A stretch of DNA of 43,982 nucleotides from a virus. The stretch lies in the UHGV virus genome UHGV-0179801; one strand, given 5' to 3'. Position numbers and translations under genes: made by a program. Below are positions 15,996-23,179 of this stretch, piece by piece; position 1 is the stretch's first letter; the number at the start of each line of letters is the position of its first letter. The notes beneath the pieces are model-generated. The model was given only the letters and a program-made list of their open reading frames with translations. It was not told the origin of the DNA and searched no databases.

Positions 15996-16417
15996 TCGTG
16001 TTCACACTCGCTGGATTTAGTCACGCCGCAATTAATACATACGGCGTGAGCCTTGCCGTTAACAAATCGCCAGTTATGGTGACATTCCTGCGTATCCTCT
16101 TTACGGCAACCAGATTGCTCCGGCAGTACCGGCGTCGGGATACACCGACAATTTACCGTTGCCCCGGGCACGTGTTCGCCCACCACGTAGCGCTGACCCG
16201 CGGGAATGTATCCACCCTTGCGGATAAATTTATATGCCTCAACGTCCCCGTTCATTAACGTTATTGTCCCCATCAACTCGTCCACCAGCTCCGACATATC
16301 ACGTAGCTGATTCTTAAGTGACTGCACCTCCTGCGCCAGGTCTTCGCACTGGTTGTTATTTACCTGCTGCCGTAGCTGGTCAATCAGGTACTCGAATACT
16401 TCGTTTTTGTTACTCAT
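15935..16417 (-). CDS. coiled-coil plus Cys-rich zinc-ribbon protein (160 aa)
   Basis: ATG 16417 with conserved leader AAACGAGAGGAGAGACAGAAG; C-terminal CxxC pairs (CINCG, CKKCG) and CRC/CHH motifs. Confidence 0.5.
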   Translation of the reverse strand: MSNKNEVFEYLIDQLRQQVNNNQCEDLAQEVQSLKNQLRDMSELVDELMGTITLMNGDVEAYKFIRKGGYIPAGQRYVVGEHVPGATVNCRCIPTPVLPEQSGCRKEDTQECHHNWRFVNGKAHAVCINCGVTKSSECEHDWYFYDIGTSMMCKKCGLKK

Positions 16418-16436
16418 CTTCTGTCTCTCCTCTCGT

Positions 16437-16709
16437 TTACTCAACAGCACCTGTTATTGCTATAAGCCCAGTTTTACCCCGGCGGCGGTACTTACGAATC
16501 ACCGTTTTAAGTTCGTCATTACTACTCTGATGCCCAAAAGTGATCGGCAACTCTTCCCCACCTGTCATACCAAACTCGGTGTCTGTCGGTTTGTTCCGCC
16601 ACCCCTGAATAAAACCGAAACGGTCGCGAGTTATATACCGGTAGTTGTTAGGGAGGGGCAATTCCAGCCCCTCAAAATCAACGGTAACGGTGTAGCTGCT
16701 AAAATTCAT
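16437..16709 (-). CDS. hypothetical protein (90 aa)
   Basis: Track ORF 16437..16715 (TTG); ATG at 16709 used. Confidence 0.45.
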   Translation of the reverse strand: MNFSSYTVTVDFEGLELPLPNNYRYITRDRFGFIQGWRNKPTDTEFGMTGGEELPITFGHQSSNDELKTVIRKYRRRGKTGLIAITGAVE

Positions 16710-16848
16710 AGTCAATTACCCCGAACTCGTTGATGATTTGCGCCTTGTAGAAGTTGCCGTTTGAGGCCAGGTGATACGCCTGCGCCATAGTCATCTCGCG
16801 ATAAGTTGCGGTGCTATTTTCAAACTCCATAACCATCAAAGTAACCAT
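16699..16848 (-). CDS. small hypothetical protein (49 aa)
   Basis: Not in track; ATG 16848 with the same conserved leader AAACGAGAGGAGAGACAGAAG, directly downstream of a promoter. Confidence 0.35.
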   Translation of the reverse strand: MVTLMVMEFENSTATYREMTMAQAYHLASNGNFYKAQIINEFGVIDYEF

Positions 16849-16879
16849 CTTCTGTCTCTCCTCTCGTTTGTGCAAATGA

Positions 16880-16908
16880 ATAGTAACCTATTCTATCCCA
16901 GTGAGCAA
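16880..16908 (-). promoter_or_regulatory. sigma70-like promoter TTGCTC-N17-TACTAT (minus strand) with AATAG-N4-CTATT repeat
   Basis: Minus-sense reads TTGCTC-17 nt-TACTAT then the conserved leader and an ATG; inverted repeat at 16879-16892. Confidence 0.5.
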
Positions 16909-16979
16909 GTAAATTTTATTGGTGTTTTAAAGATAATCGTTCGCTACTAATCCAGTAGTACCTCGGGCGTCGCGCCCAC

Positions 16980-17240
16980 TTACGCACCAACCACCCCACA
17001 AAAAGAAACGCCTGGTTTAAGTTTCAGGTTACGTACAACCACCATCTCTACTGAATGGATTGATTCATACCTCGAGTGTCCTCTTCCGTGGCCAAGTTTA
17101 ACCATGCCGCCAGCGACTTCGGTTACTAGCCTCTTCCTCCCGTTGACCAGGACGACATCACTCGGGCGCACATCAGGATGTTTAAGTCTAGCCAGTCTCT
17201 CTTCATATCTGCTCATTGCTGCATCTCCTGCAATAGTCAC
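16980..17240 (-). CDS. hypothetical protein (86 aa)
   Basis: Track ORF; GGAG RBS upstream. Confidence 0.4.
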   Translation of the reverse strand: MTIAGDAAMSRYEERLARLKHPDVRPSDVVLVNGRKRLVTEVAGGMVKLGHGRGHSRYESIHSVEMVVVRNLKLKPGVSFCGVVGA

Positions 17241-17267
17241 TTCGATTGTTGCGTTTGGTGAAATAGA

Positions 17268-17307
17268 ACAAAAATGAGAAAAATGGTACGCTGCTGTGTA
17301 GCAGCGT
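17268..17307 (-). terminator. hairpin plus U-tract (minus strand), terminator or attenuator
   Basis: ACGCTGCT/AGCAGCGT 8-bp stem with 4-nt loop, followed on the minus strand by ACCATTTTTCTCATTTTTG. Confidence 0.45.
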
Positions 17308-17330
17308 AAGTCACAAAGCCAAATAGTAAC

Positions 17331-17492
17331 CTATTGACCTATTACACCACCTGTTACACCAGCGCGAAATTGCACACCAGCTTTCCACGCCCGCCACGCG
17401 AGACGCGTCTTAACGTTCAGGTACTCTTTCTTCGAACCTTTGTTAACCGGCAGACCCTCTACGACGGCCCACCGTTCAAATGCTTCTCTCAT
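17331..17492 (-). CDS. small hypothetical protein (53 aa)
   Basis: Not in track; ATG 17492 overlaps the stop of the upstream ORF (ATGA). Confidence 0.3.
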   Translation of the reverse strand: MREAFERWAVVEGLPVNKGSKKEYLNVKTRLAWRAWKAGVQFRAGVTGGVIGQ

Positions 17493-17713
17493 AACTTAAC
17501 CCCATGGTGTTTAAGGAAACTGGTTAACTTGTACTCCCGGTACTGCGCTACCGCCTTAGCGTGAGCCAAATGCCACGACTTCCAGGGTGTGTATTTCGCC
17601 TTTTCCCAGCATTCAACACCAAACTCAGCGGCCCGCAGACCACCAACAAGACGGCGTAAGCGGAATTCGTTATACGGACTCACACCAACCCCCACAACGC
17701 GTGCATCACACAA
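17489..17713 (-). CDS. hypothetical protein (74 aa)
   Basis: Track ORF (TTG start). Confidence 0.4.
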   Translation of the reverse strand: MCDARVVGVGVSPYNEFRLRRLVGGLRAAEFGVECWEKAKYTPWKSWHLAHAKAVAQYREYKLTSFLKHHGVKL

Positions 17714-17804
17714 ACGGCGATGACAATTAAAATAAACAGGTAATTATTCACGGCAACCTCCCTCAGAGTCGTCGGCACTGGCATCATGATTCGACGCCGT
17801 GGTT

Positions 17805-18023
17805 TTATTTAAAGTAGATAGCGAATTTCTTGTAACCCGCAGGCTCGTTACGAAGCCCTTTACCATTAGCGAAACGTTGTACGTTGTTAAAATCATTTTC
17901 ATCCATTCCGTCGGTGTCGAACGTAAAGAAGTTGCGTTTGTTCCTGATAATTACGCGCTCTGAAATATCGATACCGTAAACTTCTTTGATTGCTGAAACT
18001 ACGCTTGCAGTCGCTTTGTTCAT
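17805..18023 (-). CDS. hypothetical protein (72 aa), first gene of the leftward block
   Basis: ATG 18023 with AAGGAA RBS, about 35 nt downstream of the conserved promoter. Confidence 0.5.
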   Translation of the reverse strand: MNKATASVVSAIKEVYGIDISERVIIRNKRNFFTFDTDGMDENDFNNVQRFANGKGLRNEPAGYKKFAIYFK

Positions 18024-18056
18024 CTTTAAATTCCTTATGTCTCGTTGCTATAAGTG

Positions 18057-18086
18057 AATAGTATCCTATTATATTGGTGTGTGCAA
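18057..18086 (-). promoter_or_regulatory. sigma70-like promoter TTGCAC-N17-TACTAT (minus strand)
   Basis: Reverse complement of 18054-18086 is ttgcacacaccaatataataggatactattcac, the same conserved block as at 4794, 6601 and 40223. Confidence 0.55.
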
Positions 18087-18455
18087 GAGAGTAGTTACGC
18101 TGCCGTTGTGATTCTTCAGGTAGGGTTGTGCCTTTATTCTTATTACTTGGTAACTAAAGGGCAGGCCTTAAGCCTGCCCGGTAAGGGTTACATTTTTACG
18201 GTTGCGAATCTACGGCACTTTAATAAAATCAGATACTTAAGAGATATGCCGCCGATGAAAATAGAGCTTGCCCAGGGCAACCGGAGATACTTAGAAAGGA
18301 AAGTTACGATAATTCTTGTGTTCAGTAAACTTTCGCTTAACCCTTTGCTTAACGCACGGTTTAAGCGGTTTTACAAGGTGAACAAGAATCAAAGTAACTA
18401 AGATATAGAAGCACCTTAAACGAAGATTTTCATAATGTCAATAGGTGTGATTATG

Positions 18456-18484
18456 TTTGATTTCCCATTATTCGCAATGTATAC
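18456..18484 (+). promoter_or_regulatory. candidate sigma70 promoter TTGATT-N17-TATACT for the rightward replication operon
   Basis: Hexamers with 17-nt spacing about 35 nt upstream of the first rightward gene, at the end of a ~430-bp non-coding region. Confidence 0.4.
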
Positions 18485-18517
18485 TCGATTTTGTTAACTG
18501 ATAATGAGGGTTTGAGA

Positions 18518-18688
18518 ATGACACAGAATGAAGTAGCCGAGCGTATCGGTGTTACTCGTCGCACGCTGAATAACTGGTTAAAGAGTGGGAAGTTCCCTGA
18601 TTGTTGTATTCGCATTATGGGCCGCCGTCAGCCAGGTACGTTTGACCGGGAGAAAGTGGAAGCGTGGATTAAGGAGAACGTGAAATGA
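18518..18688 (+). CDS. AlpA/excisionase-like HTH DNA-binding protein (56 aa)
   Basis: EVAERIGVTRRTLNNWLKSGKFP resembles the AlpA-type helix-turn-helix; ATG 18518 with GAGGG RBS (track start 18491 is a TTG). Confidence 0.5.
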   Translation: MTQNEVAERIGVTRRTLNNWLKSGKFPDCCIRIMGRRQPGTFDREKVEAWIKENVK

Positions 18689-18918
18689 CCGAGTTTCAGT
18701 CACGGGTATTTACGGCGGTCGTTTCGTTAACGCATAAAAAAGGGTCGTGCAGCGTTATGGACTTGCGCCGTAGTTATTTTAGGTACTATAGTTCCGCCAT
18801 TATTGAAGGGTCGTTACGTGTACTGGTTAAATCTGGTGTCGTGAAAAACGTTGGCGGGAAATATAGTGCCGTTGCCGAAGTTCGCGGAATGACATCTACT
18901 TTAGAAGACCTGGAATAA
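18685..18918 (+). CDS. hypothetical protein (77 aa)
   Basis: Track ORF; ATGA coupling to the upstream gene. Confidence 0.5.
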   Translation: MTEFQSRVFTAVVSLTHKKGSCSVMDLRRSYFRYYSSAIIEGSLRVLVKSGVVKNVGGKYSAVAEVRGMTSTLEDLE

Positions 18919-18976
18919 AAGAAAGCCCCGACGCGGTGAACGCCGAGGCCAAATTACTTGCTGAAGGAATTATAAT

Positions 18977-21244
18977 ATGTCCGATGTAATTTTATCCTAC
19001 TCGTGGTCCCGCCGCAACGCGCGGGCGGAGAAAAAGGATATAAACGTCAGAACCACACACATGGCAACACTGGACGACCTGAAAGAGTTAATCCAGCCGC
19101 TTGATGCCGTGCGTGACGGGATTAACCCGAAGACAGCGCCCGGCTATATCACTGCCGCGTGCGACTCAACGCACAGCACCGTAAAAGACCCGGAAACAGG
19201 TGACTTTAAGCAGGCGCGTAAAGGTTTCTTTTATCGCTGTGACGCGTCTGTAAGCAAATCGTCGCTGGCGTATCTGGACTTCGACAGTGCAACACCGGAA
19301 GAGTATCAGGAAGCGGTGCGCCTGGTTAAGCGCAGCCGCCAGGCTATGTGCCTCTATACCACGGCATCTCATACCGATGAGTCTCCGCGCTTTCGTGTCG
19401 TCATGCCGCTGGCGCGCCCGGTTGAAGGCGGAGACATCATCCGAGTTCGCCACGGATTGCTGGAGCACTTCTTCAAAGGCATGGGCGCGGACCGCAGCGG
19501 GTTTACCTTGTCGCAGCCGATGTACCTGCCGCCGGTTGGTGCTACTGTTATCTGGTCGCGCCGCAACGACCTGATTGACCCGGACGAGTTACTGGAAGGC
19601 ATCCCGGATTACGAGGTGAGCAGCGCATCGGATTACCAGATACCAGAGGAACTGCGCACCGCGTTTACTGACGCGTTCGAGGCACTGGCGTTTGAGTACG
19701 GCGGCATCATGACACCACGCGGCCTTAAGATGCCAGCTACACCGAAACACGCAGAGAACTACAGCGACCCGACGCCGAGGCCAGATGACTTCCTGCTGTG
19801 CTTCCCGCGCGAAGGGTACGAAGCGCCGAACGTAACAATGATTCACGACACCGACATTACAGCAACCGAAGGCATGTTGCCGAAAGAGGTGTGGAAATAC
19901 GCGTGCGATGCGACCGGGCTGCCGTTCAGTGAAGTCGCAGAGGCCATCGGCTGGGGTGCACGAGAATCTGTCTCATGCAGCCTGGACGACCTGGAAGACG
20001 AGGATGACTCAGAGGAGGACGAGCTACCGGAACCGGTAAAGGCTGATTTCGTCGTAGAAGGGTACATGCCGTCGGATTGCATATGGGATATCGTCGGGGA
20101 ATCTGGCACGTACAAATCGTTCTATACTCTGGGGATGATGTACCTTAGCGCCGCCGGATACCGGTTCGCAGGGGCTGATACCCAGCGTTGCCACCATTTC
20201 TATATTGATGGTGAAGGTGGTGCGGCTACACGTACACGTATTGACGCACTCGCCGCTAAATATGGTGAGGAAGGTAAAGATTATGTACACGTCATCGACA
20301 TGGGTGAAGTCGGAAAACTGAAAAGCCTGATTAAGCTGATGCGAGAAACTGCGGGTGACGAGCCAATTGGGATGGTCGCGTTTGATACCCTCAACCAGAC
20401 GCTGGCCCTGACGATTGATAAGTTCGACGAGAACAGTTCGTCAACGGCAATCGGCATGGGTAAAGTTATCGCCATCCTGAAAGAAGTACGCGATGCAACT
20501 AAAGCCGCGGTAGGCGTCGTACACCATACGCCGAAGGGTGGAAAGAAAGCCCGCGGCAGCGGGGCATTGTATGCAGGTGTTGATGTGGAACTGACAATCG
20601 AACGTGCTACCGACCGCCAGATAAACGTATACCACTCGAAATTTAAGCACGGGCCACAACAGAAAACGGTTGGGATGGTGCTCGAGTCGGTACAGTTCCG
20701 TGAAGCGCCGCCGCCGAAAGAGTACCGCGCGGTTGAGTTCATCGGTAACACAGAGGAATATGGAACAATCGTAAACCTAGACTTGCCCGAGCCGCACAAA
20801 GCGCTTGTTCTGATGCCGTGGGGCTTCGAGCCGTTCAAAACTGACGAGGAGAAAGAGCGGGAAGAAGGGCTGACGAAGGAAGGTAAAGAAAACGTACGTA
20901 AAACCGTAGAGAACGTCGTCAACAGTTCGGAGGCCACGATACTGGCAGCGTTTGAACTGGCGGAAGGAACCTACAACGGCAACGAAGGTATCACGGTAGC
21001 CGCAGCTAATAAGCTCGCACAGTCCGACCCCAACGCAAAGGCGTTTAACTCCAAAGAAGCTATAGAACGTGGGAAGATTAAGAAAATGGTTGAGGCTGGA
21101 TATCTTGTTCCGGGGACTGACGAAAACAATCAGATAATCCCAGGCCGTTACAGGCTGAACACCCGAATAACCGATAACAAGATTCCGAAGACAATATACG
21201 AACCGAATGAAATGTTAACAGTGACAGAGGAGGATTTGGAATGA
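18977..21244 (+). CDS. primase/helicase-like replication protein with RecA-family ATPase domain
   Basis: 755 aa; Walker A-like VGESGTYKS, hydrophobic-then-acid MVAFDTLNQ (Walker B-like), GVVHHTPKGG; N-terminal ~350 aa domain of unclear type. Confidence 0.65.
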   Translation: MSDVILSYSWSRRNARAEKKDINVRTTHMATLDDLKELIQPLDAVRDGINPKTAPGYITAACDSTHSTVKDPETGDFKQARKGFFYRCDASVSKSSLAYLDFDSATPEEYQEAVRLVKRSRQAMCLYTTASHTDESPRFRVVMPLARPVEGGDIIRVRHGLLEHFFKGMGADRSGFTLSQPMYLPPVGATVIWSRRNDLIDPDELLEGIPDYEVSSASDYQIPEELRTAFTDAFEALAFEYGGIMTPRGLKMPATPKHAENYSDPTPRPDDFLLCFPREGYEAPNVTMIHDTDITATEGMLPKEVWKYACDATGLPFSEVAEAIGWGARESVSCSLDDLEDEDDSEEDELPEPVKADFVVEGYMPSDCIWDIVGESGTYKSFYTLGMMYLSAAGYRFAGADTQRCHHFYIDGEGGAATRTRIDALAAKYGEEGKDYVHVIDMGEVGKLKSLIKLMRETAGDEPIGMVAFDTLNQTLALTIDKFDENSSSTAIGMGKVIAILKEVRDATKAAVGVVHHTPKGGKKARGSGALYAGVDVELTIERATDRQINVYHSKFKHGPQQKTVGMVLESVQFREAPPPKEYRAVEFIGNTEEYGTIVNLDLPEPHKALVLMPWGFEPFKTDEEKEREEGLTKEGKENVRKTVENVVNSSEATILAAFELAEGTYNGNEGITVAAANKLAQSDPNAKAFNSKEAIERGKIKKMVEAGYLVPGTDENNQIIPGRYRLNTRITDNKIPKTIYEPNEMLTVTEEDLE

Positions 21245-21555
21245 ATATTTACGATTTTATAGATAATCCGTTTAGAGCAGTGAAGGCAGGATACCGCCCA
21301 TCGTACCTGACTTGTGTTTCTTGTGTAGCTCACCAATGGGGTGCTGTTTGCAAGCTGGCGCTAGAGGAAGTTACAGAATTGCGTCATGTTATGGATATGA
21401 CGTTAAAGGAAATTGTAGCGTGTACCGTCCACATTGTTTTCAGAACTGCAGCTGTGGTTAGTTTTCCGTTAAGCGTATGGCTTTTTGCGTGGATTCAGTA
21501 CCTGAACGTGCAACACACGATTAAGAATATGGAAGAGCTCGATAAGTTGCTATAA
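21241..21555 (+). CDS. hypothetical protein with C-terminal hydrophobic segment (104 aa)
   Basis: Track ORF; ATGA coupling to the primase gene. Confidence 0.45.
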   Translation: MNIYDFIDNPFRAVKAGYRPSYLTCVSCVAHQWGAVCKLALEEVTELRHVMDMTLKEIVACTVHIVFRTAAVVSFPLSVWLFAWIQYLNVQHTIKNMEELDKLL

Positions 21556-21584
21556 AAAAAAAATAAAGGGGCGTTAAGCCCCTT
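21551..21584 (-). terminator. rho-independent terminator for the XRE gene (minus strand)
   Basis: AAGGGGC/GCCCCTT stem with a 5-nt loop, followed on the minus strand by a >=10-nt T-run. Confidence 0.6.
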
Positions 21585-21789
21585 CACCAAACGCCAGCCA
21601 CTTTGCGTCTACTTGCAGCACTTCCGCCAGCTTGAACAGCGTCGCTGGACGTACGTCCTGAGTTACCCCAAGTGCCAGCTGGTTAATCGCGCCCTGGGAA
21701 ACACCGGCCAGGACAGCCAGACGGCGCTGGGAGATGCCGAGTTCTTTGCGGCGTTGTTCTACACGGATGCCTAGTTCAGATGGTTGCAT
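21574..21789 (-). CDS. XRE-family (Cro/CI-type) HTH transcriptional regulator (71 aa)
   Basis: LGISQRRLAVLAGVSQGAINQL is a classic HTH_3 helix-turn-helix; AAGGAG RBS; transcribed divergently from the early promoter at 21854. Confidence 0.7.
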   Translation of the reverse strand: MQPSELGIRVEQRRKELGISQRRLAVLAGVSQGAINQLALGVTQDVRPATLFKLAEVLQVDAKWLAFGEGA

Positions 21790-21815
21790 GTCAATTACTC
21801 CTTAGTTAGTTGATA

Positions 21816-21840
21816 TGTGAATAGTACCATATTAATTATT
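21816..21840 (-). promoter_or_regulatory. promoter/operator for the XRE gene (TGnTACTAT extended -10, degenerate AATAG-N4-ATATT repeat)
   Basis: Minus-sense aattaatatggTACTATtcac about 25 nt upstream of the XRE start; shares the tgaatagt core with the other promoters. Confidence 0.45.
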
Positions 21841-21853
21841 TTAGAAAAGCCCA

Positions 21854-21882
21854 TTGACATCATGAATAGTTCGCTATTATAG
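21854..21882 (+). promoter_or_regulatory. sigma70-like promoter TTGACA-N15/17-TATTAT/TTATAG with AATAG-TTCG-CTATT repeat
   Basis: Consensus -35 TTGACA; inverted repeat 21865-21878 overlaps the -10; followed by leader ccaaacgagaggagagacaaaATG. Confidence 0.55.
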
Positions 21883-21913
21883 TTAGCCCATACCAAACGA
21901 GAGGAGAGACAAA

Positions 21914-22063
21914 ATGATTAACAACCGCAAAGCAAAGATTCTGTTAGGCCTTGATATTGCATTTGGGGCTAAAGAAACCGCACGCTATCGCGTAAGCAAC
22001 AATCGTGTGGGCTTCTTCGACAAAGCAACAGGCCAGTTAGTTAAAACCGTTAAGTATAAATAA
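21914..22063 (+). CDS. small early protein (49 aa)
   Basis: Not in track; ATG 21914 with GAGGAGAGAC RBS immediately downstream of the early promoter. Confidence 0.4.
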   Translation: MINNRKAKILLGLDIAFGAKETARYRVSNNRVGFFDKATGQLVKTVKYK

Positions 22064-22078
22064 ACAGGAGAGAAACAA

Positions 22079-22531
22079 ATGTTAGAACAATTTCTTAAAT
22101 TACTGGAACGTTTCGTAGTTGCACATGAACTGATTGCCGCGAACAGTGTGAAACAAGTTGTCGTTGCTGAAACTGCAACAATCGCGCCTACTGTTGCAAC
22201 AAAAGAAATCCCGGTCGAAGGTGAAGACGTAGTTGACACTAAACCGGCAGAAGAAGAGAAGCCGAAACGCAAGCCGCGTAAAGCTAAAGTAGAGGAACCT
22301 ACGCCAGAGCCAGAAGAAGAAGTCGACTACCAGTCTCTGCGCGACCAGATTCAGGCTATCGATGATGCCATTAACGAAGGTCCGAGCGATGCCGCGTGCG
22401 ACGATTCTGATGAACTGCTGGAAGAGTTCACGGGTAAGAAGATGAAGATTGCTGCGATTAAAGACGAAGACCTGGCCGAGTACCTGGAGCGCCTGACGGC
22501 AATCAAGAACAAGTATTTCGAAGAAGAATAA
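22079..22531 (+). CDS. highly acidic early protein (150 aa)
   Basis: ACAGGAGAGAAAC RBS; Glu/Asp-rich low-complexity sequence (EEEKPKRKPRKAKVEEPTPEPEEEVD...DDSDELLEEF). Confidence 0.55.
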   Translation: MLEQFLKLLERFVVAHELIAANSVKQVVVAETATIAPTVATKEIPVEGEDVVDTKPAEEEKPKRKPRKAKVEEPTPEPEEEVDYQSLRDQIQAIDDAINEGPSDAACDDSDELLEEFTGKKMKIAAIKDEDLAEYLERLTAIKNKYFEEE

Positions 22532-22538
22532 CTATCCC

Positions 22539-22557
22539 GCGGCCTTCGGGCCGCTTT
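22539..22557 (+). terminator. rho-independent terminator with UUCG tetraloop
   Basis: GCGGCC-ttcg-GGCCGC followed by TTT, immediately after the stop of the acidic protein gene. Confidence 0.5.
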
Positions 22558-22574
22558 AAATGAGGGTCGGAATT

Positions 22575-22910
22575 ATGAACTACGAAAATTTAACAGACAT
22601 AGAAATTAATGCACGCGTCAGCCGCGAGCTATACGGCAATGTTTCGCGAGGGCATCAGATGGAATTAGCTTCTGGTGATGTTGATTATTGCAACCGCGTT
22701 GAAGACGCATGGCCTGTTATCACCGGTAACAACATCTCGATTGTAGCTACCGATTCAGAATGGATTGCTTTACCGGATAATGCGGTTATTGACGGTATTA
22801 CCGGAGACGCCACCAGTATGATTTACGTTGGTGACGAATGCGTTATCGGCGAAAACCCTCTACGCGCCGCCATGATTGTATTTCTGAAAATGCGGGAGAA
22901 GGCGCAATGA
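22575..22910 (+). CDS. hypothetical protein (111 aa)
   Basis: Track ORF 22560..22910; ATG 22575 with GAGGG RBS. Confidence 0.5.
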   Translation: MNYENLTDIEINARVSRELYGNVSRGHQMELASGDVDYCNRVEDAWPVITGNNISIVATDSEWIALPDNAVIDGITGDATSMIYVGDECVIGENPLRAAMIVFLKMREKAQ

Positions 22911-23179
22911 TTTACCAACTCTACCGCGCCGTAGACAGGCGGGATAACACAGAGGCGCTATGGCTGTTACGTGCGCCGTCAGGGGCGCACCTGATGGAAG
23001 AGATGGCGTACTTAGGCAAAGTACCTCGGCCTAAAGATATAGGCCGTCACGTGTCGCAGATTAAGCGCACGACTTTCGCAAAACCTGACTTCTATGTCTT
23101 CGAGTCGATGTACAGCTGGGCCTTGCATTGCGACCATAAGACACAGCATTTAATCGACCAGTGGGAGAACAGGGTATGA
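22907..23179 (+). CDS. hypothetical protein (90 aa)
   Basis: Internal ATG of track ORF 22838..23179, overlapping the upstream stop (ATGA) with GGAGAAGG RBS. Confidence 0.45.
   Translation: MIYQLYRAVDRRDNTEALWLLRAPSGAHLMEEMAYLGKVPRPKDIGRHVSQIKRTTFAKPDFYVFESMYSWALHCDHKTQHLIDQWENRV

Noticed and set aside
17334-17564. 76-aa plus-strand ORF
   Set aside because: Opposite strand to the coupled minus-strand small genes it overlaps; no RBS; overlaps the promoter-like motif.
17714-17804. Tiny 23-aa hydrophobic ORF (GTG start after GAGGGAGG) between two minus-strand genes
   Set aside because: Too short to support without expression data; the Shine-Dalgarno may instead serve the TTG start of the downstream gene.
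18054-18401. 115-aa plus-strand ORF in the divergent control region
   Set aside because: Starts inside the conserved minus-strand promoter, has no Shine-Dalgarno, and the region looks regulatory.
20281-20937. 218-aa minus-strand ORF inside the primase-helicase gene
   Set aside because: Antisense shadow ORF with Ser/Thr/Pro-rich low-complexity sequence and no RBS; other antisense ORFs in the track (26716..27258, 23967..24374, 24451..24897, 40817..41221, 29916..30467) are rejected for the same reason.
21574-21789. Interpreting the XRE-family protein as a CI-type lysogeny repressor
   Set aside because: It is only 71 aa (HTH only, no dimerisation or peptidase domain) and no integrase or excision module exists; more likely a Cro-like or early-gene regulator of a virulent phage.
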